A stretch of DNA of 64,000 nucleotides from Nitrospirota bacterium (GCA_049325335.1 JBMOMC010000002.1:192001-256000); one strand, 5' to 3'. Counted from the first letter of the stretch, positions 1-9,110 are shown. The notes: generated by a model from the letters alone, not told the origin. Numbers and translations: made by a program.

Positions 1-579
1 GGTGCGGCGCACCATGCGGAGCGGAATCGACCGGTCGGCAATCGTGTCGGGCAACCGCCCGATCCCCGCGAGCGCGCGAGGGCCGAACACCGCAAAGTCT
101 TTCAAGTCAAACTGTTTCCCAACGCATCGGGACACGGACGCGCCCCGCCGATTGCCGGAGTTCAGGAGCGCGCGCAAGCCCTCATGGTCCTTCGCCTTCG
201 GCCCGAACACGGCGTCTACCTCGTCGAGCAGGAGCGTGGGCCGGTCGCGGTCGAGTTTGCGAAACAGGACCGCTTCGCTCGGCGCGACGGCGCGCCAGGG
301 GCGCGCGACAAGCAGTTCCAGTATTTCCAGCAGCCGGGTCTTGCCCGATCCCTTCTCGGGCGAGGTCACGTCAAGGAAGGGGGTCGCCTCCGCGGCGTCG
401 ATGGCGTGGGTATGCACGATCCACAAGGCGATCACGCACACTTGATCGGGCGACAGCACCACGAAGCGGCGGACGAACTGCATCAGGTCGTGCAATAGCG
501 GTCCCACGTGGGGCGCGTGTGCGGGCGGGTCCAGCGGCCGCCCGGCTTCCCCTTCAAGGGCGTCAATGTCGTCGGACAT
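1..579 (-). CDS. DUF3631-type P-loop NTPase/helicase of mobile elements (3' end outside window)
   Basis: Manual translation from ATG 579 (absent from ORF track): MSDDIDAL...ALWIVHTH...VTSPEKGSGKT (Walker A)...LLLDEVD (Walker B)...LLNSG...LPDTIADRSI. Confidence 0.85.
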   Translation of the reverse strand, partial: MSDDIDALEGEAGRPLDPPAHAPHVGPLLHDLMQFVRRFVVLSPDQVCVIALWIVHTHAIDAAEATPFLDVTSPEKGSGKTRLLEILELLVARPWRAVAPSEAVLFRKLDRDRPTLLLDEVDAVFGPKAKDHEGLRALLNSGNRRGASVSRCVGKQFDLKDFAVFGPRALAGIGRLPDTIADRSIPLRMVRRT

Positions 580-1090
580 GGTCCCTCGTGCTGAGCCGGT
601 GTTCGCGGAACGCGAACGTGAGGCGGTGCAGGTGCTCCGCTATCCGTAAATCGTCGTAGCCGCGGCAGACGGCGCGCATGGCGCGGTCAACATCGGCCGC
701 GCTCCACCCGGACACGTCCAGGCCGCGCGCCCGATCGAGCACCGCAAGGCCGCGCAACTCGCGGGCGATCGCACCGCGCCAGAGGCCGTATTCCGCCGCG
801 CGCAGAAACTCCCGCGGAGTGAACGGCCGCGGGTCAGGAACCCGGCGCGTGCTGCGTGGGGACGGGTGGTCAAACAACTCGTGCGGCGTGAGCCCGAGGG
901 CTGCACAAATCGCGTCAAGTGAGCATCCCGTAAAGCAATGCAGGAGCACTCCGCGTTCTCCCGCACGGATGGACAGCGACGGGCTCCGGTCGTTGTGCGC
1001 GGGACACGGGGCAGTCCAGCCGTCGCCCGAAGGTTTCGCGTGGGGCAACCGATTGAGCACCCGTTGAACCGGAAGAGACGCCATCGCCAC
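563..1090 (-). CDS. Primase-type Zn-binding domain protein
   Basis: CPAHNDRSPSLSI...LLHCFTGC motif of phage/plasmid primase Zn domains; overlaps the start of the helicase gene. Confidence 0.8.
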   Translation of the reverse strand: MAMASLPVQRVLNRLPHAKPSGDGWTAPCPAHNDRSPSLSIRAGERGVLLHCFTGCSLDAICAALGLTPHELFDHPSPRSTRRVPDPRPFTPREFLRAAEYGLWRGAIARELRGLAVLDRARGLDVSGWSAADVDRAMRAVCRGYDDLRIAEHLHRLTFAFREHRLSTRDHVRRH

Positions 1091-1093
1091 CCC

Positions 1094-1381
1094 TTACGGC
1101 TCCCGCGGTCCGGCCGACAGTCCGGCGGCCTGGGCCACGCGGTCGATCCACGCCCGCACGGCGGCGACCGGCCGCGCGCCGCGCCAAATCCACCCGCCCG
1201 TGGTGAGTCGGAGATAGGCGGTCTTGGTCCCGAAGGACCGCACCTCGCAGCGCCAACACCGCCAGTACGGGCGGCCCTTCACGTCAAAATGCACGTCAAG
1301 CTCGGCGAGACAGTACGGACACGCCCCGGTGAGACTGTCCCCTTGTATTCTGGTATGTGCTGCGCTATCGTCCATGCTCAC
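1094..1381 (-). CDS. Small Zn-ribbon protein
   Basis: CPYC...CWRC; ends 3 bp before the primase-like gene. Confidence 0.6.
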   Translation of the reverse strand: MSMDDSAAHTRIQGDSLTGACPYCLAELDVHFDVKGRPYWRCWRCEVRSFGTKTAYLRLTTGGWIWRGARPVAAVRAWIDRVAQAAGLSAGPREP

Positions 1382-1545
1382 TCTCCCCTGTGGCCGTTGT
1401 TCTATCTATATGCACGCGACTGTATAAGAGGGGATATCCCGGAACCAGGCGAAAAACGCGTGGCCGTGCAAAAAACATGAGTTGTGTGTTTTGATGTCCC
1501 CGCGAAGCCGCACTAGGAGCGGGCCGGATGAGTTTCTGGTTTTAG

Positions 1546-2355
1546 ATGGTGAAATTCATGCAAGTAGATTGGGGAAAATGGATCGCGGACTACTACCCAC
1601 GCTGGACTGACCGGCGCTGGAGAGCGTGCGTCACGGAGATTCGAGAGCAGCGGAGACTGTCCGTCGAGGAGTTCCAGTACGTCGTGCTTGGGTGCGGATA
1701 CTACTTCCACGTCCACCGACCCTCTGCGGACGACGTGGTGTCACGGCTGAAGCAAGCGATCAACGGCCTCGACGGGGAGGATATCGCCGAGTTCATATTG
1801 AATGAACAGGCCATTCGGCGACGGGTCGGAAAACTTGGGTGGGAGGTGGGGCCGGATCGGGTCCGCCTGAGCAGCACGCCCAAGCGTGGGCCGGTGGTTA
1901 ATCCGGCTCCAAGAATCGCGGCGCTATCGGTGTACGCTTGGATTAAGCGGCGGAGGCCGGAGACGGACCCGACGGGGTTTGTCTGCGCGGTCTATCACGC
2001 GCTATCCGGTCGGGGGATCAGTGACGTGACGTTCGGCCGGATGCAAAAGGCTGCGGCTGCGGTCCATGTGCTCCGGTACGTGCCAGAGGAGCGGAACGTG
2101 TCCGCGATTGAGGCGTGGCTCGGGATGCTTGAGAGCCGGTACAAGGGGTTTCGTCGCGCGGAGGATGAAGCCAAGCAGGCTGAGCGAGCGTCGGTCACGA
2201 AGCCCCTGGAGAAAGACGACATTCCGAACCTGTATCCGATCAGCGGGATGGCGGCCGTTGTGCTGCGGGCCGTCGGGGTGACGGTCGAGCCGAGAAGACG
2301 CGCGGACGGGCGCTTCTTACCCAGGGGTCAAAAACTGTCTCACGTTGTGAGGTAA
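1546..2355 (+). CDS. Hypothetical element protein, divergent from the replication genes
   Basis: 269-aa ORF, no recognisable motif. Confidence 0.55.
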   Translation: MVKFMQVDWGKWIADYYPRWTDRRWRACVTEIREQRRLSVEEFQYVVLGCGYYFHVHRPSADDVVSRLKQAINGLDGEDIAEFILNEQAIRRRVGKLGWEVGPDRVRLSSTPKRGPVVNPAPRIAALSVYAWIKRRRPETDPTGFVCAVYHALSGRGISDVTFGRMQKAAAAVHVLRYVPEERNVSAIEAWLGMLESRYKGFRRAEDEAKQAERASVTKPLEKDDIPNLYPISGMAAVVLRAVGVTVEPRRRADGRFLPRGQKLSHVVR

Positions 2356-2445
2356 AAAGGGCTGAATTTTCAGGGATGCGCGGGGCAGTTTGGCGCGAGG
2401 TCAAAAACAAATCTTAATGCGCGATTGATAGGTTGGATCACGACG

Positions 2446-3078
2446 ATGTACTACGACGAAGAAGACTACAGCGCGGAGGCCTATCTCGACGACGCGCTAA
2501 AGAGTATTTCCGAAGATAATACAAGGGCCTATCTAGGAGTCTACGGAGACGCGATAGAAGAAAGGGTTCAGGATTGCCTAAAACAAGCTGAAGAGTTGCT
2601 GTCCACAGGCTATAACGGACCAGCCCTGGCTCTTGCTGCAACCGCTGTTGAACTAATGATCCGATTCATGTTACTGCGTCCCCTAATTGAAGGCGCCTTC
2701 CTGTCAGAGGAATGGGCAGAGATTCTGGCGACGCGTGTGGCTACTGGGCGCTCCGCGGAGGACCGCGAACTTTTACCTGCGGTTCTGCAGCGATGGCGAA
2801 TCGACATTGCGACGATCAGGACCCCTGGAGGCTTCCCTCTCTGGGAGTTTGTGTTGAAAGAACTGTGGCCGAAACGTCATAACTTCGTACATAAAGGTGA
2901 GCGACCGTCGAGGGAGATTGCTGCGACGGCAATCGAGTGTGCTCGCTGTTTCAAAGAAACGGTCATCGGAGCGATAGCGATGAAGCTAGGATTTACGCGC
3001 GCAAGAACTGGAAAATGGTGCGAGATTGATAGCGAAGACGGGAGTATGAGGAGATTTGGCCCCCAGAGTCCATTCTAA
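2446..3078 (+). CDS. Putative HEPN-domain protein
   Basis: Helical protein with ALALAATAVE followed later by the R-x4-H motif RHNFVH(KG). Confidence 0.55.
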   Translation: MYYDEEDYSAEAYLDDALKSISEDNTRAYLGVYGDAIEERVQDCLKQAEELLSTGYNGPALALAATAVELMIRFMLLRPLIEGAFLSEEWAEILATRVATGRSAEDRELLPAVLQRWRIDIATIRTPGGFPLWEFVLKELWPKRHNFVHKGERPSREIAATAIECARCFKETVIGAIAMKLGFTRARTGKWCEIDSEDGSMRRFGPQSPF

Positions 3079-3188
3079 GGTCAATATGTGTTCTTTTTGA
3101 CCCTGGATGTGGCGATTCCGATGTGCCTTGTAAATTGGGGGGCTTTGGATGATGAGGGTGTCGGGTTATTGCCCCCCGCGCAAATGAC

Positions 3189-3602
3189 CTACTCGCGAAC
3201 GTCATTAACGAATGTTTTCCCTGCCAAAGCGCCAAGAAAGATAGCTCCAGACTGGAGCACGAAAATAAGAAACTTTCCAATTCCCGATCCCTCAAGCACC
3301 ATGCGCTCAAAATCATAAATGAAAAACAGAATCACCAGGACCGCCGCGACGGACACAAAACTGACATAGATTGTAGAAATGGGGACCGAACGGAAGAGGA
3401 GTGCTGTAACGTAAACTGCAAAAAAACCTCCTACCCCTGGGCTAAGGACCCACATCAAGAAAATGTTAACCAGAGGGAATACACCAACTTCTGGTCGGGC
3501 CCGGCTGGCAATGATACCGATAACAGCTAAAATCGTCGCCATCAGTACCCAGCCGAGCACTAAGATAATCACGCTCGAAAGGGTTGAGAGGATGGCTTTC
3601 AA
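3189..3602 (-). CDS. Membrane protein (about 4 TM)
   Basis: Long hydrophobic segments; AT-rich. Confidence 0.65.
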   Translation of the reverse strand: MKAILSTLSSVIILVLGWVLMATILAVIGIIASRARPEVGVFPLVNIFLMWVLSPGVGGFFAVYVTALLFRSVPISTIYVSFVSVAAVLVILFFIYDFERMVLEGSGIGKFLIFVLQSGAIFLGALAGKTFVNDVRE

Positions 3603-3605
3603 CGG

Positions 3606-3881
3606 TCAGCGCTCCGAATCTTTGTCGATGGCTGCGCCGATGGCATGGAGAACGCCTCCAGCAATTCCGCTCCCGTAAACAAGCAGACAAGGGAACCAGT
3701 TGCCATGAGCTAACGCTTCATACCAAGGGGCAAAGGCCAACGTGACGGGCCATAAAAAGAACGAAATTATCCCTCCAAGGAATCCAAGGTTGTCAATAGC
3801 TATATCGAGGGAAATGAAAAATCCCCAGAGGCCGGCGACAACAAAAATGATGACCGCTGGTGTTTTGAATATTATTCCCAT
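3606..3881 (-). CDS. Small membrane protein (about 3 TM)
   Basis: Hydrophobic 91-aa ORF with GGAGA RBS; 3 bp from the next gene. Confidence 0.65.
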   Translation of the reverse strand: MGIIFKTPAVIIFVVAGLWGFFISLDIAIDNLGFLGGIISFFLWPVTLAFAPWYEALAHGNWFPCLLVYGSGIAGGVLHAIGAAIDKDSER

Positions 3882-4229
3882 CGTGGATTCTCCGACGTAG
3901 ATCAGAGGGTACCAAGGGTAGGCCTATACCTTTTGAAGGATGGCATCCAGATTTCAGCACGAGCAGAAAATATTGTCAACAACAGGGGTGATGAGGGCCT
4001 TGTCGTCGTTGACATCATGGAACGACGAGGGGTCAGCCCCTGACTTGCAACAAGCGAGTCCGGCCTGGGCCTGGGTTCACCCCACCGAATTGTGCTCGGA
4101 ATGTGCTCAAGCCCACCGGTCTCCAGCCCATTCAGGCCTATTCAGGCCAAAGTCGCCCGAACGCGAATCTCTTGGCTGGAGTGGGATTTAGTGACGTGGA
4201 GTGGGCTGGGGTAGGTAGGCTCTACCCGA

Positions 4230-4266
4230 GTGTGAAGCAAGCGCTCTACCACTGAGCTAATCGCCC
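4230..4266 (-). pseudogene. 5' half of tRNA-Val(CAC); probable att junction
   Basis: GGGCGATTAGCTCAGTGGTAGAGCGCTTGC-TTCACAC, then non-tRNA sequence instead of the GCAAG stem and T arm. Confidence 0.85.
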
Positions 4267-4290
4267 GATCACGGTCCGGAAGGGTGTCGC

Positions 4291-4319
4291 AGTATAACGA
4301 TCCGAAGTTGGCGAGTCAA
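4291..4319 (-). promoter_or_regulatory. sigma70 promoter of the tRNA-Val gene
   Basis: TTGACT-17 bp-TATACT, 24 bp upstream of the tRNA 5' end. Confidence 0.8.
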
Positions 4320-4335
4320 TTGCGCTCGGCCTACA

Positions 4336-4370
4336 CACGAGCCGGTGGAGCTCCGCTCCACCGGCTCGTG
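4336..4370 (-). terminator. Strong hairpin after the beta-barrel gene
   Basis: Perfect 16-bp stem CACGAGCCGGTGGAGC/GCTCCACCGGCTCGTG; no clear U tract. Confidence 0.55.
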
Positions 4371-4386
4371 CCGTCTCATGGCGTCA

Positions 4387-5097
4387 CTAAAACGTGGTGC
4401 CGGCGCTGACGCTGATCGCGGTCTGGTCCACCAACCGCAGTTCCACGCCGAAGGTGACGTTGCCCTGGGCCTTGGCGTTGAGACCCGCAAACAGGCCGAA
4501 CGCGTTGTCTTCAGCCGCGCCGCCGTCAATATCGAGTCCGGACCAGGCGAATCCGCCGTACGGCACCAAGCCGAACTCGGTTTGGCGCCGTTTGGGGTCG
4601 CGGGCGCCGGCCATGTCGAGCGACACTCCGAGTGCGGCATCGTGCTCGGTCCATCCGAGACGGCCAAAGGCGTCGTTTTCCGTCCTCGTATGTGTGGTTT
4701 GGAACACGCTGCCGATTTTGAGATTTGCCGAGGGGACGGTGGCCCAGGTCACGCGCATGCCCACGCCGAACGAGGGACCAATGTCCGAATCGAACGTGCT
4801 CCCCGGGTCGACGCCGAAATCGCCGAACCCGAGCCGAAAATCCAGGTCAAGCCGCTCGTCGATCCCCAACGTGCCCTTGGCGAAGATCTGTGAGCCTTCG
4901 GCTTCTCCTCCCCCCGTCAAGTCTCGGTCCACCAACACGTTCACTTCCGCGCCGAGGGCGGTTTTGCCCGCGCCGGTGGTGGCGGCCGGCACACCGAGCG
5001 GGGCCGCGTGGGCGGTTGCGGCCAAGCCGCCCGCCAGCACGATGGTGATCACGGCCAGGCGCATCCCTCGCGCCCTGAAGATGGTTCTGTGGTTCAT
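4387..5097 (-). CDS. Outer-membrane beta-barrel protein
   Basis: Signal peptide (AHA), amphipathic beta strands, C-terminal Phe. Confidence 0.7.
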   Translation of the reverse strand: MNHRTIFRARGMRLAVITIVLAGGLAATAHAAPLGVPAATTGAGKTALGAEVNVLVDRDLTGGGEAEGSQIFAKGTLGIDERLDLDFRLGFGDFGVDPGSTFDSDIGPSFGVGMRVTWATVPSANLKIGSVFQTTHTRTENDAFGRLGWTEHDAALGVSLDMAGARDPKRRQTEFGLVPYGGFAWSGLDIDGGAAEDNAFGLFAGLNAKAQGNVTFGVELRLVDQTAISVSAGTTF

Positions 5098-5238
5098 GAG
5101 TCCTCCTGGGTGAAAATGATGGTGTTCTTTCCCACGGTCGTCCCGACCGCGCGACGTGTATAGCAAATTAGGAACGGGAATACAATTGGAGGGTCCCGGG
5201 AACGTGTTGCCCGGGACGCCGGTCTTGCGGTGAACCGG

Positions 5239-6885
5239 TTACCGATTGTCCGCGTGTCTGGTGAGCAGCATGACCGGCAGCAGGCCGACCAACACCAGCG
5301 CCAAGGCGGGGAGGGCGGCATGGTCCCATTGGCCTTCCGAGGTGAGTTCGAAGATGCGCACCGACAGGGTGTCCCAGCCAAATGGGCGGGTCATCAAGGT
5401 CGCGGGCATTTCCTTCATCACGTCCACGAAGACCAGGGTGGCGGCGGTCAACACGCCGCCGCGGATGATGGGGATGTGCACGCGGCGGAGGAGACGGCGT
5501 CCGCTCACCCCCAACCCGCGCGCGGCTTCTTCGAGGTTCGGCGTGACGCGGTGCATGGCGCTGTTGATGGGGCCGAAGCCCGCGGCCAGGAAACGGGCCA
5601 GGTACGCGAGCAGCATGGCGAGCGGCGTGCCGAGGATCACCAGCCCGACCTCGCGTTGCAACAATGGGAGGCCGGCGGCCACCTGCCGATCCAGCCATGC
5701 GAGCGGGATGAACGTGCCCACCGCCAAGACCGAGCCCGGCAGGGCGTACCCGAGGGTGGAAACGCGCGTGGCGAGGCGCACCATGCCGTTGCCGTGTCGT
5801 TGCGCGTAGGTCAACACCAACGCGCACGCGCAGGTCAGCACCGCCGCGGCGGCGCCCAAGAACGTGGAGTGCCAGAGAAACCCGACGGCTCGCGCGTCCA
5901 CGTCGCTCCCCAGCCGGGGCAGCCCCCATGCCAGGAGTTGGAGGACCGGGACTCCGAAGGCCAACGCCAGCACCGCGGCGCACGCGCCGAACGCGAGCCG
6001 CGCCGGGACGGTGGTGAGCCGGATGCGTTGGTCCGCGACGTCGTGTTTGCCGGCGGTGGTGTAACGGCCGCCAGCGTGCCAGCGTTGTTCCAGGACGAGC
6101 AGGGCGAACACGATCACGATCAGCACCGAGGCCAATTGCGCCGCGGCGTTCAGCGAAAACATGCCGAACCACGCTTTATAAATCGCGGTGGTGAACGTAT
6201 CGTAGTTGAACACCGATACCGTGCCGAAGTCCGCCAGGGTTTCCATGACCACCAACGCGAGTCCGCCCACGATCCACGGCCGCGCCATGGGCACGGCCAG
6301 GCCAAAAAATCCGGACCAAGGGCCGTGCCCCAGGGCTTGCGCAGCCTCCATCGCGCGTTTGCCTTGGGTGAGAAATGCCTGGCGGGTCAGCAAATACACG
6401 TACGGATAGAGCGCCAGACTCATGACGAGAATCACCCCGCCTTGGGATCGAATCGAGGGGAGGCTTGCCCATTCGGCCGGGAGGGCGTCGCGCATGAGGC
6501 GCTGAATCGGCCCCGTGTAGTCGAGCAGCCCGATCGCCACAAACGCGGTCACGTACGCGGGGATTGCCAGGGGCAACATGAGCGCCCACTCGAATAGACG
6601 GCGGCCCGGAAACTCGCAGACCGCGGTGAGCCACGCCAAGCCGACTCCGAGGACTCCCGTGGTTACGGCGACCCCCGCAACCAGCCAGAAGGTGTTGCGG
6701 AGCAGGTCGCCGAGCACCGTGTTCGCGAGATGACGCCATACCTCGTCCGCGGGAGCGAACACGGATGATAGCACGACGACCAACGGGAACACCACGATTC
6801 CGGCGATCGCGAACGCGCCGAGGCGCCACGCATCCACATCCTGCTTCCGTGGTACTGTCAGGACGTTGCCGGAATAGCTTGTCAT
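5239..6885 (-). CDS. fbpB: Fe3+ ABC transporter permease (FbpB/FutB-like)
   Basis: Duplicated permease with EAA loops (MEAAQALG, LEEAARGLG), LADFGTV and MKEMPAT motifs. Confidence 0.9.
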   Translation of the reverse strand: MTSYSGNVLTVPRKQDVDAWRLGAFAIAGIVVFPLVVVLSSVFAPADEVWRHLANTVLGDLLRNTFWLVAGVAVTTGVLGVGLAWLTAVCEFPGRRLFEWALMLPLAIPAYVTAFVAIGLLDYTGPIQRLMRDALPAEWASLPSIRSQGGVILVMSLALYPYVYLLTRQAFLTQGKRAMEAAQALGHGPWSGFFGLAVPMARPWIVGGLALVVMETLADFGTVSVFNYDTFTTAIYKAWFGMFSLNAAAQLASVLIVIVFALLVLEQRWHAGGRYTTAGKHDVADQRIRLTTVPARLAFGACAAVLALAFGVPVLQLLAWGLPRLGSDVDARAVGFLWHSTFLGAAAAVLTCACALVLTYAQRHGNGMVRLATRVSTLGYALPGSVLAVGTFIPLAWLDRQVAAGLPLLQREVGLVILGTPLAMLLAYLARFLAAGFGPINSAMHRVTPNLEEAARGLGVSGRRLLRRVHIPIIRGGVLTAATLVFVDVMKEMPATLMTRPFGWDTLSVRIFELTSEGQWDHAALPALALVLVGLLPVMLLTRHADNR

Positions 6886-6900
6886 CTCAGGCTGTCGCGT

Positions 6901-6928
6901 GTAAGGGCGTACGGCCGTACGCCCTTAC
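6901..6928. repeat. REP-like palindrome
   Basis: Perfect 28-bp palindrome GTAAGGGCGTACGGCCGTACGCCCTTAC; related copies at 12967 and 13058. Confidence 0.8.
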
Positions 6929-6969
6929 GAAAAAAAAAGCGTAAGGACCATCGACAGCCTCCGGAGTCA

Positions 6970-7974
6970 TCAGCGGTAGCCCGCGCGGTCCATCAGCATC
7001 ACGGCCGCGCGCTGCAACTCTCCGGCTTTGGCTACGTTGATCGTATCGGATTTGAACGTTCCCCAGGCCGCGACCGCGGGCGATGGGCTGACGGCGGGAT
7101 TCGCGGGGTACTCGAAGTCGATGTCCGTGAAGATTTTCTGGGCTGGAGGCGACGAGAGCCACTCCAGCAATCGAACTGCGGCCTCGGGGTGTTTGCTGTG
7201 GCGCGTAACGCCCCCCCCCGACACGTTGACGTGGACGCCGCGGTCGGTTTGGTTGGGCCAGAAGAGCGCGACCGTCGCGTCGGGGTGTTTCTGTTTGTAG
7301 CGGCCGAAATAATACGTGTTGGCGATGCCCACGTCGCAGAGGCCCGAGGCGATCGCCTCGATCATGGCCGTGTCGTCGGCGAACACGTCGGCGGCGAGGT
7401 TGCCGACCCACGAACGTACCACGGCTTCGGTCTTGGGTTCTCCGAGGGCCGCGATCATCATAGCGACCATGGACTGGTTGTACACCTTTTTCGAGGTGCG
7501 CAGGCACACGCGCTTTTTCCACTTCGGGCTGCCGAGGTCTTCGTAGGTCGAGAGCTCCACGGGTTTCATGCGGGTGGTGTTGTACACGAGGGTCCGCGCG
7601 CGCACCGTGAGCGCGAACCATCGGGATTCGGGGTCGCGTAGGGCCTCCGGGACGTTGGCGCGGAGCGCGGCGGAATCAATCGGGCGCAGCAGCCCTTCCT
7701 GCGCCGCGTACCACAGATTGCCCGCGTCCACCGTGATCAACAGATCCGCGGGCGTGTTCGCGCCCTCGGCCTTGAGTCGTTCGACCAGGGGGCCTTCCTT
7801 ATCGGTGATGAACCGCACCGACACGCCGGTGGTTTTGGTATACGCGTCGAACAGCGGCTTAATGAGTTGCTCGTTGCGCGCGCTGTACACGACGACCTCC
7901 TCGGCCGCGGCCGGAAGGGAGGCAACGAGACTCGCGGTGATGGTGAACACGGACAGAACGCGGAAGAGGGACAT
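6970..7974 (-). CDS. fbpA: Fe3+ ABC transporter substrate-binding protein (FbpA/FutA-like)
   Basis: VVVYSAR, PADLLITVDAG, ANTYY iron-ligand motif; signal peptide. Confidence 0.9.
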   Translation of the reverse strand: MSLFRVLSVFTITASLVASLPAAAEEVVVYSARNEQLIKPLFDAYTKTTGVSVRFITDKEGPLVERLKAEGANTPADLLITVDAGNLWYAAQEGLLRPIDSAALRANVPEALRDPESRWFALTVRARTLVYNTTRMKPVELSTYEDLGSPKWKKRVCLRTSKKVYNQSMVAMMIAALGEPKTEAVVRSWVGNLAADVFADDTAMIEAIASGLCDVGIANTYYFGRYKQKHPDATVALFWPNQTDRGVHVNVSGGGVTRHSKHPEAAVRLLEWLSSPPAQKIFTDIDFEYPANPAVSPSPAVAAWGTFKSDTINVAKAGELQRAAVMLMDRAGYR

Positions 7975-8002
7975 GGCGGCCTCGCAGCGGATGAACGCGA
8001 CG

Positions 8003-8032
8003 AGTGTATAGCAATTGAAAACGATTTGCAAT
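8003..8032 (-). promoter_or_regulatory. fbpA promoter with overlapping Fur-like box
   Basis: TTGCAA-17-TACACT; imperfect 19-bp AT-rich palindrome ATTGAAAACGATTTGCAAT (8014-8032). Confidence 0.7.
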
Positions 8033-8045
8033 ATCTCGATAGGAG

Positions 8046-8088
8046 AAAAACGAGGCGCGCGGGATCGCCACCTCCCGCGCGCCTCGTT
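8046..8088 (-). terminator. Intrinsic terminator
   Basis: AACGAGGCGCGCGGGA...TCCCGCGCGCCTCGTT stem followed by a T run on the minus strand. Confidence 0.75.
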
Positions 8089-8111
8089 CGCGATCGTTCT
8101 TGGAGCCGGGA

Positions 8112-9068
8112 CTACGGCACGACCTTGACCACGTCTCCGCTCTGAAAGCCCTTGCCGGACACGATCGTGGTGGTGGACAGGCGCTCGTTTTGGTGTTCGC
8201 TAATTCGGACCACGCCGATCTTGGTTTCCTTGGTTCCCAAGAGCTCTCCGCTGTCCGGGTCGCGGATTTCCGCGCCGCGGCGATACACGTCGAGTTCCGT
8301 GCCTTCGGAGAGGTGGGAACGCGTGCCCGCGCGGATCACGACGCTGTCGGGGTCCGCCAGCACGACCTTGCCGCGAAACGGCTGGCTGCTGAGTTTGGCG
8401 ACCATTTTGTTCATGGCCTTGGCCAGCGCGTCGCGCAGGGCGCCGTCTCGCAGGTTGGGGTCGAACGAGGATTTGGCGCCCAGGCCCAACGCGCCCGTGG
8501 TTTTTTTGCGGTACTCGCCCGCGCCGGATTCGGCCACCAAGGACTTGCCCGTGACCACGTCCACCAGCGCGTAGTCCACGGTCACGCGCGCCACCCGCGA
8601 CTTGCTCTGGTAGACCACCGCGTCCACGCCCTCCTCGACTTCGGAGTAGGCGGTAATGGCGCCGGAGAGCCGGTAGTCCACGGCGTCGAATCCCTCGTCG
8701 GCCCGTTTCTTTCCGGCCTTGACGACCCCGGATTGCTGCAAATCCACCATCTGTTTTTGCTGTTTGAGTTCTCCCTCGTCCAGCAACAGGGCGTTGAGTC
8801 CTGCGGCTTCGACCTGGGTTCGCAGGATCGTGGTGGCGGCTTCGCCGATGCCCAGGACCTTGGACGGCGTCTTGTTGTCGAACGTGATGATGCCGACCGT
8901 GTATTCCGGGCCCGTGTACCGCGCGCCGGCGTCGGCCAGTCGCTGGGTCTCTCCGGTCAGCGTGGTGTCGTCCTTGACCACCCCGGTGGAACTGATGCTG
9001 CAGGCCGCGAGGGCCGCGCTGATAAGCCCGATGCCGATCAACCGTCCTGCGTGTCGTGAGGTGTCCAT
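8112..9068 (-). CDS. CsgG/HfaB-family lipoprotein with FlgT-like C-terminus
   Basis: Lipobox LAAC; FDNKT, GAITAY, VDYALVDV; C-terminal beta domain. Confidence 0.75.
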   Translation of the reverse strand: MDTSRHAGRLIGIGLISAALAACSISSTGVVKDDTTLTGETQRLADAGARYTGPEYTVGIITFDNKTPSKVLGIGEAATTILRTQVEAAGLNALLLDEGELKQQKQMVDLQQSGVVKAGKKRADEGFDAVDYRLSGAITAYSEVEEGVDAVVYQSKSRVARVTVDYALVDVVTGKSLVAESGAGEYRKKTTGALGLGAKSSFDPNLRDGALRDALAKAMNKMVAKLSSQPFRGKVVLADPDSVVIRAGTRSHLSEGTELDVYRRGAEIRDPDSGELLGTKETKIGVVRISEHQNERLSTTTIVSGKGFQSGDVVKVVP

Positions 9069-9110
9069 CCGTGTCTCCTTTCGATCAGTATGCCTTCATG
9101 TCCGCCGTGG

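Larger units (their letters stand above)
1..4229. mobile_element. End of an integrated element (phage satellite/ICE-like), continuing beyond the left edge
   Basis: Primase-type Zn finger plus DUF3631-like P-loop gene, AT-richer cargo, and a boundary at a truncated tRNA gene. No integrase in the window. Confidence 0.75.

Noticed and set aside
2..498. Plus-strand ORFs 2..445 and 184..498
   Set aside because: Antisense shadows of the minus-strand NTPase gene (1-579), which has clear Walker motifs.
3940..4229. Group I intron in tRNA-Val, or an 83-aa CDS
   Set aside because: No recognisable group I core and no 3' exon in the window; the ORF has no RBS or motif and lies over att-like repeats.
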